DNA of 63,942 bases, filler included, from Reticulomyxa filosa (Eukaryota > Protista > Foraminifera): NCBI GenBank assembly GCA_000512085.1. It is 19 parts of 19 records of this genome, joined end to end, with 100 filler letters (N's around TTAATTAATTAA, not from the genome) between each part and the next. Parts side by side here need not be neighbours in the genome. Positions count along the whole stretch, not along the records: positions 1 to 1,381 come from ASPP01012570.1; positions 1,482 to 4,849 come from ASPP01025007.1; positions 4,950 to 6,035 come from ASPP01024752.1; positions 6,136 to 8,152 come from ASPP01033239.1; positions 8,253 to 10,186 come from ASPP01023069.1; positions 10,287 to 12,711 come from ASPP01002366.1; 13 more parts are not named here. One strand, written 5' to 3'. The notes beneath the pieces were generated by a model. That model did no database searches and had not been told where the DNA came from. It saw nothing but the letters and a program-made list of their open reading frames with translations. Positions within the stretch are counted from its first letter, which is position 1. Each line of letters opens with the position of its first letter. Shown piece by piece: positions 1 to 12,075 of this stretch. The translations under genes and the position numbers were made by a program.

Positions 1-33
<33 letters not shown>

Positions 34-94
34 TATACATATGTATATATATAACATAATTGCTCCTCCCCACCCAATAAAAAAAAAATAATTA

Positions 95-1300
95 CTAAAC
101 TTTGAATTGCTCAGTAACAGCAATCAAAACAGTGATCAACGACGGCAGACATGTGTGTGTGCGGTGTATGTCAACCCAAGAGAGATCAGTGTGCCAATTT
201 TGGCCGACGTTTCCCGGAGGAGATTGAAAGAAGCCAATGTTGACCAAGCGGAGTTCTTTTTCGGGAAAAACGGACGTATACAGACGTTTGAGTTGGGTGA
301 TGCATTCGAGGTGGTCCATGATGGACACTAGCATGGGAGCAGTGATGCGTCCAATCTTCAAAGACATGTCCAGCGTGGCATGTTCAATGTCAATTTCCGG
401 ACCATTGCTGCGAAACAGAAACTCTCGAAAGTAATGATTTTGTTTGCGCAATTCGCGCAAGCCTACGTTTTGAAGTGATCTTTGTCGACACCATTTGTCC
501 AAAATGTCAAAGTACGTGTCGTGAACTTTCAACATTGACGACACGTCTGTTTGTGAGACCCCCTTTTGGATCATCCCCACTCCAAAAAATAACAGCGACT
601 TCAAAAAAGAGTCGTCGTCGAGCAATTTCACGCACACGCTGTTCTTGGTCAATACGTCGTCAAACATCTGGACAATGTCTGTGCCCTTTATCTCTTCCAA
701 TCTCTTTTGCAGCTCCTTCGCCACCGTCGTGCTCTCTTTCGCGCATTTGCACGCATCGCTTTCCTTGGGAAGCAGGCTTTCATTTATCAACTTTCGCAAA
801 AAAAAAAAAAAAAAAACAAAACAAAACAAACACATTATTACTGTGCTATTTTTATTTACTTATTTATTTATTTAATCCCAAGTCATGTAACTTCTTCACA
901 AGACATGTTTGGCAGCTTTGCAAATCTCGAATTCCAATTGGGGAGTTTGGGTTCCTCTTTGTTTTCATTGTCACTTGCATTTGTGTTTGTGTTCGTATTT
1001 GTATTTGTATTTGTGTTCATATTTGTACTCATATTTGTATTCATATTTGTATTCATATTTGTATTCATATTTGTATTCATATTTGTATTTATATTTGTAT
1101 TTATATTTGTATTTATATTTATATTTATGTCTACACGCTCATATATACGTTCGTCGTCAATCTCTTCTTCTGTCTCTTCATCTTCTTCCTCCTCCTCTTT
1201 TTCTTTTTCTTTATTCTCTCTCTCCTTGTGTTCATGCTCTTCGTCTTCTTTATTCTCTCTCTCTTCGTATTCATGCTCTTCTTCTTCTTCTTCTTCTTCC

Positions 1301-1340
<40 letters not shown>

Positions 1341-1381
1341 TCTTCTTCTTCTTCTTCTTCTTCCTCCTCCTCTTCTTCTTC
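95..1381 (-). CDS. Partial multi-exon gene: acidic/Asn-Thr low-complexity region followed by a PhyH-like 2OG-Fe(II) dioxygenase domain
   Basis: FFQSPPGNVGQNWHTD..LITVLIAVTE fits the PhyH-type HxD motif and following strand. Intron at ~792-890 (GTTACA...polyT-AAG). Both ends truncated. Confidence 0.6.
979..1127 (-). repeat. Coding 12-bp minisatellite (ATATTTGTATTC)n encoding (NTNM)n/(NTNI)n
   Basis: Tandem unit visible directly; open on the minus strand between a Glu-rich tract and KEEPKLPNW. Confidence 0.9.
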
Positions 1382-1481
1382 NNNNNNNNNNNNNNNNNNN
1401 NNNNNNNNNNNNNNNNNNNNNNNNNTTAATTAATTAANNNNNNNNNNNNNNNNNNNNNNNNNNNNNNNNNNNNNNNNNNNN
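1382..1481. other. Artificial contig spacer N44-TTAATTAATTAA-N44, first of 18. Others: 4850-4949, 6036-6135, 8153-8252, 10187-10286, 12712-12811, 14188-14287, 15619-15718, 20232-20331, 27065-27164, 29556-29655, 31319-31418, 41000-41099, 49033-49132, 50280-50379, 54856-54955, 55956-56055, 58191-58290
   Basis: Identical 100-bp unit with stops in all six frames; genes are cut off at the spacers. Confidence 0.99.
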
Positions 1482-2049
1482 TGTGCATTCTGTAATCAAG
1501 GTAATCATATGTTAATGTATTGAAGTAAAGTTTGTCATTCAATAAAAATTTTTTTATAAAAAAAAAGGAGTTATTATTCACTCCAAAATTGGTATCAGTT
1601 TGCGCATTTGGCAACAATGCTTTATCAGTATTGAACAATCCCAAATTAAGCAATGCTTCTTTCACATGTTTGTTGCCGTTGTCGCTGTCTATATACACGT
1701 ATACACATTTTTTAAAAAATTGATGTAAAAAAAATTCAATTGAAAGATATTTTTTAATTGTGTTGAAGAGGGCAATATTATTTGTACCTGACTTCAATTA
1801 TTCTGAAATAACTTCTGCCCATTCTTATGATACTTTATTGTGCAATAGCGATGATCCAAAAAGTTGCTCATCGCATTAACTCTCTTTAACCTCATAATAA
1901 ATCCCCATATTCAGGAGATGCAGTTGTACTCGCAATCAGAGATACAATCGCACATATTAGAAAGTAGCACATCATAACAAATGATCACATGCTAGCCGCT
2001 TGTGTTTTGTTTTTTGTGTCGTGCATTACTCTAACAAAAATGATGAATG

Positions 2050-2920
2050 TTATATGCCAGCAAAAAAAGCCACGCTGTCAGTTAAATGGGACACAATGTT
2101 GTGAAGCCGAGTAGACTGCGATGATAGCGTATCAACAACAAAAAAGATATATCGGACAGAAGGTGCTAAACGAAACATATCTGGTTCAATGAGAAAAGTT
2201 ACTGGCTCTTCGCCTTGTAATGAATAATTCGAAATGTGACTGATCAAATAGCCATCCAATTTTTGTCGATGGCGAGTAAACTCTTCGTAGGCTTCCGGTA
2301 TGATTCCGTACACCTTCCATCCATTAATTTGGTCCGTTTTTACAGTGTACCTTAAAATCCGAAATGTTCTCTCAAGCTCAAACATCACAAACGCCGTATC
2401 GAAGGCCGCTAGTCAAGAGAAGATGGAGCCACAAATATAAATAAAAGAGTATGCGTGCGGAGAAAAAGAGAAAGAACGAGGGAGAGAGAAGAAAATGATG
2501 GACAAATAAGCAAACAGTTTTTTAAGTCTATCAACTTGATCGTAATAGGGGACGCTGCATCTTCTCTAAAGGCACGCAAATTCTACACTTTGCAAATATG
2601 CTTTTCGTGGGGTAATACGTACTCTTTTTATCCTCAACGGTCTCATAACAAAACGACAAAATTAGCATAAAAATAGCGTCAGGAAGTTCAAGAGGCCTCT
2701 TGCCAGCCGTTGCCTCGTCAATTAGCTCGCAAAATGAAGTATCAGTAGTCAAATTAATTGTCTTTGGAAGCAATGAAATATGCGTTCGCATGCATGGTGG
2801 GAGGTCTGTGTCGTACAGTCCTTGTTTGGAACGAGATGGTTTTGTCATAGTGGTTATTTTCGAGTCTTTTTGCGGAAGATCTATCTTCCAAAAAAATGCA
2901 GCTAAGTTATGAGTTTTCAT
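2050..2920 (-). CDS. Hypothetical protein with an F-box-like motif; two exons, one apparent frameshift near 2568
   Basis: LELPDAIFMLILSFC resembles an F-box. ORFs 2531-2920 and 2050-2388 are separated by a pyrimidine-rich intron-like gap. Confidence 0.45.
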
Positions 2921-3283
2921 TCAAGATATTTGTTAATCTTTATTTCCAAATATATGTCGTTCAAACTCTTCTACCCTCATATGTTTGAACTTCCATGCTA
3001 TAAATTGCCTATCAATTTCTCTGCTCGTAAAAAAAGAAAAATAATGGTCTTTAAAAATGCTATAAATTTGCACGTCTTTTATTGTTTAAGGCAATGATTT
3101 TTAAGCTCAGAATACATAAACTTTTCATTCAATTTTGGATGGTCTGTGTACCAGCTCATGATCACTCAAAAACATAGCATTTCACACTAAAATAAATAAA
3201 AAAAAGAAGCTCAAGTGTATTTCTAACAATCAATCATGGTGAGAGTGGTATCTTTTGTTCAATATGAGCAAATAGAGAGTTGA

Positions 3284-4770
3284 TTGTCATATCCACAGAT
3301 AGCGGCTGATTCATACAGTCAACTAATGCTTCGTGGTGGATACAGTTCTACTAAAAATGAAACTGCGAATACTTCTTCATTTCAATCGTGTGACAGTATG
3401 CTGGAGACTCTGAAACGTGAAGTGCAAAAGTGGAAAAATAAATATGATTTGACGTGCAAACATAAGCAAGAGGTGGAAGATAGATGTAGTAAGAACGCAC
3501 TCGAAACAGAAGAATGGAAGGCTCAAGCTAAATCACTTGAACTTGAGCTAAAGCATTATACTAAAAAACATGAACATGAAATGAAAGAACTTCAATTGAC
3601 ATACCAAAGAGAACACCAAAAAACAACAAGTAATTATGAACAACAAATTGATGACCTTACTAGCAAACTGATTAAAAATGAATCATTATTGAAACAGTTT
3701 CAAACAGGTTCGAATATTGGGACACTCAAGCTTCTTTTCCAAATTAAAAAAAACATTATTTCTAAAAAATGTATATCTTGTTAAACCCATCCAGAATTAA
3801 CTTATAAAAAAAAATTGAAACCGCTTTAACATCAAAAAAGTTTGGAGTTTAAACGAAATTTCAACAAGAAAGTGAATAAAGAAAAAAACAGTAAAAACAC
3901 GGGTTGGAGCAATTACAACAAAACAGTATTTTTTTTAACCCTGTGGAACAGAAAAAAGCAAAATTCAGAATGAATTGGACATTTGTCGAGAAAGTTTATC
4001 AAAGAGTGAGGAATACCAAAAAAGTTTGGAAAATAAGTTAGAGATGTCAGTTCAACAAGCAATTGAAATCCAACAATCAATATCAGAAAGGATGGACAGC
4101 ACGCAGAAAGCGTTGCAAGAAGGAAAGAGTGAGTGTATGCGTCAACTTGAGCGAGTGAAAACACAGTTGCAACAGAAAGGCGACGATTACCAATTCTTAA
4201 AAGAGCAACTTAAAGAGGAGCGTGAGCTCCATTGCAAAAAAATTAGTGATTTGTGTGCAAAACACAATAATGAGATCAAAAAGTTGATCGATGAAATCAA
4301 CACCTCTAAAAAAGAAATTTCACATCTGGAACAGCAAAAAGAAGAAATATCCAAAACTGTAAAGCTTTTATCTGAGTCATCCAATACTATGGTTTGAATT
4401 TTGTATTGACTTCTAAAAAAAAACAAAAAAACAGAGCCACTTGCACAAAAAAAAAAGACTTTTCAGTACGACAGTGAAAAAGAGCATTTAAAACGGCAAA
4501 TTCGACCACAATCAGAGCGAAAAGATTTTGTGTTGCAACAATGCCAAGATATTTGTGAAACACAGTTGCAAAAAGTATATCTATGTTCAAATTACTATAT
4601 TTGCTTGTACACAATTAATTGCGACACTGTTGTGTAATGATATTATTGTTATTTGTGTGGCGAAGTTGGAGATACTTTCTAGTCAAAAGCACGAATTGGA
4701 ATTAGAAAATAGCGTGTTGACAGAAAAATTGAAAGTGACATTGGACGAATTGAAAGACTCACGTGATGAG
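3284..4770 (+). CDS. Multi-exon coiled-coil protein, 3'-partial
   Basis: Heptad-rich E/K/L/Q ORFs 3284-3784, 3975-4397 and ~4665-4770, with GT donors (e.g. GAG|GTATTG at 4771). Confidence 0.7.
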
Positions 4771-4949
4771 GTATTGGCTTTGTCGTTGTCCTTGTTCTTA
4801 TTATTTCTCTGATATTTATTTTTTTAATGGATCAAAAAAAAAAAAAAAANNNNNNNNNNNNNNNNNNNNNNNNNNNNNNNNNNNNNNNNNNNNTTAATTA
4901 ATTAANNNNNNNNNNNNNNNNNNNNNNNNNNNNNNNNNNNNNNNNNNNN

Positions 4950-5430
4950 TGCTTGAATACAGAATTCAAAGATGAAAATGAACCTGATTGGATCGTCTTT
5001 GAGTGTGCATATTCAAACAAATGGTGACGCACAAGCACCAAAAATCGTTCAACTGGATGTAACCAATGACTATTATCTCAACTCTCGGCAAGATTCTCCA
5101 ATACGCTGGCAACCTTGTGAACCTCGTGAAATTCGCTTGAAACAAGTGAAAACTGGTCAGACGTTAGAAGTTCATGTTCAAAGTAAAACCTTCTTGTTGG
5201 ACATACTAAACTTTATCTCAATCCTTTGACTCTAAACAATGGCAGAGCTAGTGTCAATCTTGGTGCTACTGATCACAGTGCTTGTGAGCATCCATATGTA
5301 TATAGGTCTTCAGGAGTTGAAGAACAAGTATGGCCATCGAATCAAATCACAAGGTCGATTGCGATTGTTTATAGCTGCCCGGAGCTTTGCTATTTTTAGC
5401 ATTGATATTTTCGGTACTCCGATTGATTGA
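4950..5430 (+). CDS. Hypothetical protein fragment
   Basis: Protein-like ORFs 4972-5229 and 5239-5430; no family recognised. Confidence 0.35.
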
Positions 5431-6559
5431 CTATTGCATTATATTTTTCATTCTGAGAATTCGAGAATCGTTTCGACGCTGCAGTTTTGGTTCACAAGAA
5501 AAGCAAATCAATACATTTGCTATTTGTGTGTAGAGTCTGCTTTTACTTATTCGTCAACATCAATTTGATTGCCGAAAGTATGATTTGTCATGTTTTATAT
5601 GATAATCATAATTATTATGTAAACATTTTTTTTTAATCTCTTTTATCCTTCCAAAAGAAAAGGGAAGATAAAGCATGTTGTATTTTGAGTAAAAACATTT
5701 GCTCTCTTAAATTTTTGAAATAACACTTTAACTCAGTTTCTGAACGTCAATAGAAAAAAAGGATTTGTTTTGAAGCACAAATTTACAGCAACAACAGCAT
5801 TTGATACGATTATTTGAAAATTTTGGCAATCAGCTTGAAAAAGCAACAATATCACATACATGGAGAAATTGCAATCAAATTTATAATGATACACACGCGA
5901 AATTAGAAGAGATTTGTGCAACTTCCAACTTGAATGAGTTAAATATAAAAAAAATACAAATATAATGTAAAATAAAAATAATTTGTAAAATAATAGATTG
6001 AAAGAAATGTGTCTGTATATTTTATGGAATATTTTNNNNNNNNNNNNNNNNNNNNNNNNNNNNNNNNNNNNNNNNNNNNTTAATTAATTAANNNNNNNNN
6101 NNNNNNNNNNNNNNNNNNNNNNNNNNNNNNNNNNNAAATTATATCGATGAAATCAACTACATTGAACATTAAATACTGAATCGAACAAGCTTGTATTATT
6201 GAAATATTATAGTTCGGAAAAGTGAAATAGAAATAAATAGACATTGTAAAAAATTGTTTTAATAACAAATATTAACTTTTGTGAAAAAGTTGTATTTTAA
6301 AGAATGAAGCAACTAAATATTAAGCATTAAGCAGTATATGAAAAATTTTTTGCGAAAACAGCAAAAAAGAATTGTAATTGCAACCAATAGTGATTTAAAA
6401 TCGATCAATAGATGAAATTAATATGCGAATACAAGATTAAATAATTGAATGCATTTGTATCTAATATTTGGAGATAAATGAATCAAAGTTTGTGATCATG
6501 ATTAAATCCTTCGAGATAGTAGCAAATGGTGACGTCAGATGTTAAATATTCATAAATTT

Positions 6560-8152
6560 TTTTTTAGATATGTTGCAGTTGGGCGTGTCAAGCGTCGGAC
6601 TACTATCCAATTACAAATTTGAGAATGTACTTCAATTAAATAATATCACAATTCAATCGATCTAATGATAATAAAATTTCTATAATGTTGGCTCATTGAA
6701 TATCGTAATGGTGATTTATTGGATTGTAACATCATCGCAATTTGCATCGGTAGAACATTTGTGATTGGATGTGAATCTGGTTCAATGGTCTACAATCTAG
6801 CATCAGCTTCATGGATGAATCTATGTGATGATTTAGACAATTTACCAAAAAAAAATTTTTATGCAAAGGACAACATCATATTGACTAGATTGTTTGTCCT
6901 GCTACTCCAAGTCCTGGATTAGGTTTGCAACTTTCATACGTGAATATCAAGATTGTCTTTTCATCTAACATGTTCAATATCTCTTCTTGTGTTGGTTCAA
7001 TCTATTTCTCGGATGGATACTTGATTGAGTGGAACAATTTTGCGATTTGCATTGCAATTTGCTTTGGTATTTCATAACACCAAAAATATTGCACATTGCT
7101 ACTCTTTGGATTCTCTTTAGTCTTCTTGTGCTCCATTCCAGAATGCAAAGGAATATTTTCTTTTAAGATGGGGGCATATCAAGTGTTTGGCTCTATCTTG
7201 CTTCATCATCAACTTGAACTGCTTTTGCACAACTAGGGTCTTTCAAGTTAAAAGAGCACATCATAAAAGATTGAACACAATACTAAAAAAGAAACACAAA
7301 AGACAAAAGAAAGGCACACTAAATCTTATAATGACCAGAAGGTCCATGCAAAATAATTAACAGAAAAAACAATAAGTTATTTCAATTTAAATTGAGATTT
7401 GTCTTGACAATTGTTCAAATACTTACTTGGTATCGATTGCGAACTTGGCTGTTGCTTTCAAAACTTTGATCTTAATATCCGGTTTCCGCGATTGATCCAC
7501 AATGATGAATTGTTTCATTGACAGGGACAATATATTAATATCTGGAAGCAATTCTTGGACATTTGTCAACTAATTGCGACGTAGTTCAATGTACCGCAAA
7601 CATTTAATTAGGAAATGCTGGACAGTATCTTTTCTTCAAACTAAATACAATCAGAGAATCTGATCTTTGGATGTTAAACAAATAATCATTCAATCTAGTA
7701 ACAACGGCAGATGATCTTGCGCTAGCTAAATGTAAATCTTTTCAAATGATTGTTCCATCAATCAGATTAGACAGGAAATATCGTGGTGTGTGTCTTGGAA
7801 TATCAGCTCCTTCGCAAATCAAATGTATGTTCCATTGCTCTGATTAAATCTATGATTATTCAGGAACGTTGATCTATGTTGTTGAACCAAATATGGCTGC
7901 AATTACTGGGCTTTCTTGCGAGCATTATTTCAACAAGATCCACTCACCGTTTCCAGGAATATCACTATTCCACAATTGGATCTGTAATCCTAATGCTTCA
8001 ATATCTGCCCAATGTTTATTGTAATGCAATTGATTGGATATTCCAACTTCATCATAGTGACTAGATTGTCTGTCACGTAATCAAAGAACAGTGAATTAAG
8101 TCGCAATTGGTGGAAAAGATCTACAAAATTGTTAAAATTCACTCACAATCAA
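6560..8152 (-). pseudogene. Degenerate coding sequence with a decayed P-loop-like motif
   Basis: Coding-like composition broken by stops and frameshifts; LIILHGPSGHYK at ~7325-7362 resembles a Walker A. Confidence 0.4.
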
Positions 8153-8252
8153 NNNNNNNNNNNNNNNNNNNNNNNNNNNNNNNNNNNNNNNNNNNNTTAA
8201 TTAATTAANNNNNNNNNNNNNNNNNNNNNNNNNNNNNNNNNNNNNNNNNNNN

Positions 8253-8416
8253 TAATGCAAAATGATTGTTCTCAAAAAATTCAATCATTTCCTACACTTA
8301 TTTTTTATCCAAAAGGATCAAAAAATGGCATTCAATACAATGGAGGACGTACTGCAACTGAAATGATAGACTGGTTACATATACAAACACCTGAGAATAT
8401 TAAACAAGATCTTTGA
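8253..8416 (+). CDS. 3' end of a protein disulfide isomerase (thioredoxin-fold) gene
   Basis: KIQSFPTLIFYPKGSKNGIQYNGGRTATEMIDWL...IKQDL*: FPT cis-Pro motif, YxGxR, KDEL-like tail. Too short for the ORF track. Confidence 0.8.
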
Positions 8417-8970
8417 ACGTCAAAAGATAAATTGTATTTGCATTTTTTTGTTGCCACGTGCACTGACTGCGACTATGACTACAGTCATGTCATTGTTTTG
8501 TTCAATACCTAACACGAATTTTTTTTGTAACACCTTCCAGGAAAAAATATTTTATAACGTTTCTTAATTAATTTTGATTTGTGTTTTACACAAAAAAGTT
8601 TTATACTTAATTTTCATGCAATTGCTTTATTTTATGAACAAACCAATCAAGCTTGGAATAAGCAACATCAGTCTTCTTTTTTTGTTTACCAAAGACGATT
8701 TGTGTTTCGAATCAAATTTTTTTACGACTAAAGCAAAGCTAAAACATTTCACTTTATTTGTAAAGAAAAAAATGATTGTAACCTTTTCAAACATTTTAGC
8801 ACATGCTTTTAACATTATTTGTTTTACGCTGCAATATTTGTGACAAGTAATATAGAACAAATCTTTCAATACTTGCGTTCAATCAAATCAAACGAGTTTA
8901 ATATCACCTTAATTTTCTTTTAATCAAGCTTTTAAAAAACACTTTAATTTATTATTGGACAAAAAGTAAA

Positions 8971-9250
8971 TTATCTCCAAATACGAATGGGACCTTTGCG
9001 TGAACCATAACACAAATTTAACTTATATATAACATTCTTTGTCTTCTCTTTCTTTTTCAATTCAATAAATTTAAGACAAATCACTTCATAATATTCTTTT
9101 TCATCTCCTTGGATCATATGCAATTCATTTTTATTTGTTCGAATATCCCAAAAACGAATTGTGTTATCCAATGATCCAGAACATATCACATTTGAACCAC
9201 AAATACTATTCTCCATTACAAATGGTGAATATTCAACAGCACATAGTTAG
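8971..9250 (-). pseudogene. Isolated C-terminal fragment of a WD40-repeat gene
   Basis: VICSGSLDNTIRFWDIR...LCYGSRKGPIRIW; the frame upstream is broken and no further repeats follow. Confidence 0.65.
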
Positions 9251-9642
9251 TATGTCCATTGAACATTTGATTTGTTTTTTTAATCTTTGAGCTTGGTTTT
9301 GTTCATCAAGCGTAATATAACTCACATTGCTTTGAAAGGGTAGCAATGATATTTCAATCATTCATTATTTACTTTTTTTAATTTAAAAACAACTCATTTT
9401 GTATAATATTGCAATATCTAATGCATTCCATTTGATAAATAATAAAGAAGCAACAATCGTGATAATACTACAACCAAGTCGTCAAAATCAGGTACAGTAA
9501 AGTAAAAGTAGAAAAAACAAGTTTTTCACAAAAAGTCGACATATTGTTATCAGAAGACATAATCGTAATAAATAGTTTTTCTTGTGTTGTCGGCTGTACG
9601 TAAAGCTAATAGTAGTTTTTTTTAAATGTTCCCGTTGTCGAA

Positions 9643-10153
9643 ATGGAATTTCCAAATAACGGTGCACCTATTGGCAAAGATGCTGAAAAGCTCAAAATAC
9701 GGTTTGATAAGAACCAAACAACCGGAGATGAATGGTACTATGTTGATCGCTACGGAACTTCAAAGGGGCCGTGTACCGTCGACGAGCTAAGCTCGTTGTA
9801 TCTACAGTATGAGGTATCTACGTATAAATGCTATTTATTACATTTTATTTTTTTATCCCTTTTTTAGTGCTCCACCAAACAAAAAAAAAAGAAAAAAACA
9901 ATAATTGATCTTGTTACGTGACAAATTAGACATTCGATCAAACATATGTATGGAACGGGGTGGATGTCTTGCAATGGACACCATTGTGTCAAGTGATATC
10001 GTTACATACGTATATCCAAGGCCGAGTAAAAAGCAGTGGAATGAAGAGCAATAAGAACAATATCCTCTCACTTCAACCTGCACAATTGCAATATACCCAT
10101 TCAATGCCCCAGAAACGCGTTAAAAAAACACAAAAAAAGTTTAGTCTACTCAG

Positions 10154-10186
<33 letters not shown>
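9643..10186 (+). CDS. GYF_2 (DUF4339-like) domain protein, 3'-partial
   Basis: EWYYVDRYGTSKGPCTVDELSSLY, intron from 9814 (GTATCT), then VWNGVDVLQWTPLCQV. Confidence 0.7.
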
Positions 10187-11339
10187 NNNNNNNNNNNNNN
10201 NNNNNNNNNNNNNNNNNNNNNNNNNNNNNNTTAATTAATTAANNNNNNNNNNNNNNNNNNNNNNNNNNNNNNNNNNNNNNNNNNNNGATGATAGGGGTTT
10301 TATCACCACTCCCAGAAATCTGTGGTTGCAGAAATCAAAGTAAATCAATTGTCGAAAAACGACAGCAAACAAAAGCAACACAGCAAAAATCAGGTGTTTT
10401 TTAACGCCGACAATCTTAACTTGTGTTGCTTTTGTGGAACGTAATTCAAAAAACTTGGGACTTTATGTTGCTTGCAGATTATTCTTTTTTCTTTCGGTGC
10501 AGAAGCGAGAAAGTGTTGGTATGCAGAAACAAAAAAAATTACGTTTGTGTGCAATCGCACATACAAATTGGTGTAGGTTCTGATGAAAATAGTTTATCTT
10601 TTTGCATTACGTTTAAAAAAATTCTAGCATCACTACGTGACCCTTTCTTCGTCAAGAAGTATCTTCAGCTCGTTAATTTGTATTTTGAATTTGATAGTTG
10701 TAGTTTCGAACGGACTAAGGTTCAGGAATGAAGGCAAATTTGTGTTACGACGACAACTTAGCAAGGTTTGTCATCCTTGCTGTTTCTTTATTCTGGGACA
10801 TTTGTGGAGTTTTTCAGAAAAAAGGAGACATTTTAATGTGTTGCAAGCCCAGCACCATTATACCCCACACGTTTCCTGCTTGTTACTTCTTCGTGGCGAA
10901 CACCACAAACGATAAGAGTTTTTGAAGATCCTGTTTGTAACATGGGGACGGAAACAATTTGAAATTGGCAAATTGTATCTATGGATAAGAGTTTTAATTG
11001 AAAGAATTTTTTCATGGACTGGTTTGGCGTTAGTTTGATAGACCAAAATGAAATAACTTTTGTTCGTCAATGAATCAGCTGCTTATTGTTTACTGAGATA
11101 GAACCAAGTGTGTGACTGTACTTCTTTTTCTTCTCAAAAGTTTATTTTTCTTGTTCTTTTGAATAAAAGCGCCAAACAAGCAATGCTCCTTTTCCGACAC
11201 AGTAATCTTTTTTTTGCCTTAAAAATAGTAAAGGACGAAAAATGTGTGTAATGGGTGTGCAAATTAATTACAAATACCGAAAAATGAACTTTTAAATTGG
11301 TTTCATTTGAAAGTCAATGTACATCTTATTCCTGACTCT

Positions 11340-11516
11340 TTACATACCTGGTCGAACTCAGAAGGTGATCAAAAATGGCCCCTGGGTAGTGGGAAAATGT
11401 CCCAAAAATGCACTCAATGAGAAATCAGCTTTGGGCGTACCTACTTTGCTTTTTCCCAAGTGGACTAGCATTCGACTCAATTTATGTGTTATGGTGGCTG
11501 CGTAAATCGCACCACT
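11340..11516 (+). ncRNA. U1: U1 spliceosomal snRNA with variant 5' arm ACAUACCUG
   Basis: All U1 elements in order: ACATACCTGG (11342-11351); helix H GTCGAA/TTCGAC; SL1 ACTCAG..GGT-GATCAAAAATG-GCC..CTGGGT; SL2 AGTGGG/CCTACT and CCCAAA/TTTGGG with TGCACTC in the loop; SL3 TGCT..TCC-CAAGT-GGA..AGCA; Sm-like site AATTTATG; SL4 GGTGGCTGCG-TAAAT-CGCACCACT. About 177 nt. Confidence 0.92.
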
Positions 11517-12075
11517 CCCAATATTTTCACTTTATGTTTTGAGTTTGTTTATATGATGTCTTCATTGAGAAGAATCGTCAATGCATTATTACATTCCTTT
11601 GGTAAATATTTTGATAAACGCATAAATCAATAATACTTGAAAACAATCTGATATACAAATTAATTTAGTCAAGATAGGTGGGTGTTTCATTGAGTATTTT
11701 CTTTTTTCTTCCACAATATCGAAATCTTATTTTTTAATTTTTTTTGTATGTCGGTGCTAAGTCTTATTTAACAATCTCAAATTGGTGATGGATGTGAACC
11801 AAGAATTAAACTTAGTACATTTAATAGTTCATTTGCTTCATTCTTTTTCTTATCTCTATTTTGGTGGCTACCACTTTGTGACTTAGTAGAACAGCATTGA
11901 GTTATCAGAGAATTAACGTAATGTTCTTGGTGACTGTCTTTTTTTAAAAAAAGGGGGGAGGAAAATTGTATAAAGACAGCGTTCGTTAGTTTGTGTACTT
12001 TTTTATCGATATTTTTTTTATAATTTGGAGTGACAGCAAAGAGAACAAGCTATTTCAGTGTAACGAAAGAAAACA

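Noticed and set aside
475-1437. Long plus-strand ORFs (ICIH, FVFI, YLYS repeats)
   Set aside because: Antisense shadows of the minus-strand coding minisatellite and Glu tract.
11317-11505. 62-aa ORF over the U1 locus
   Set aside because: The U1 fold explains the sequence; the peptide has no recognisable features.
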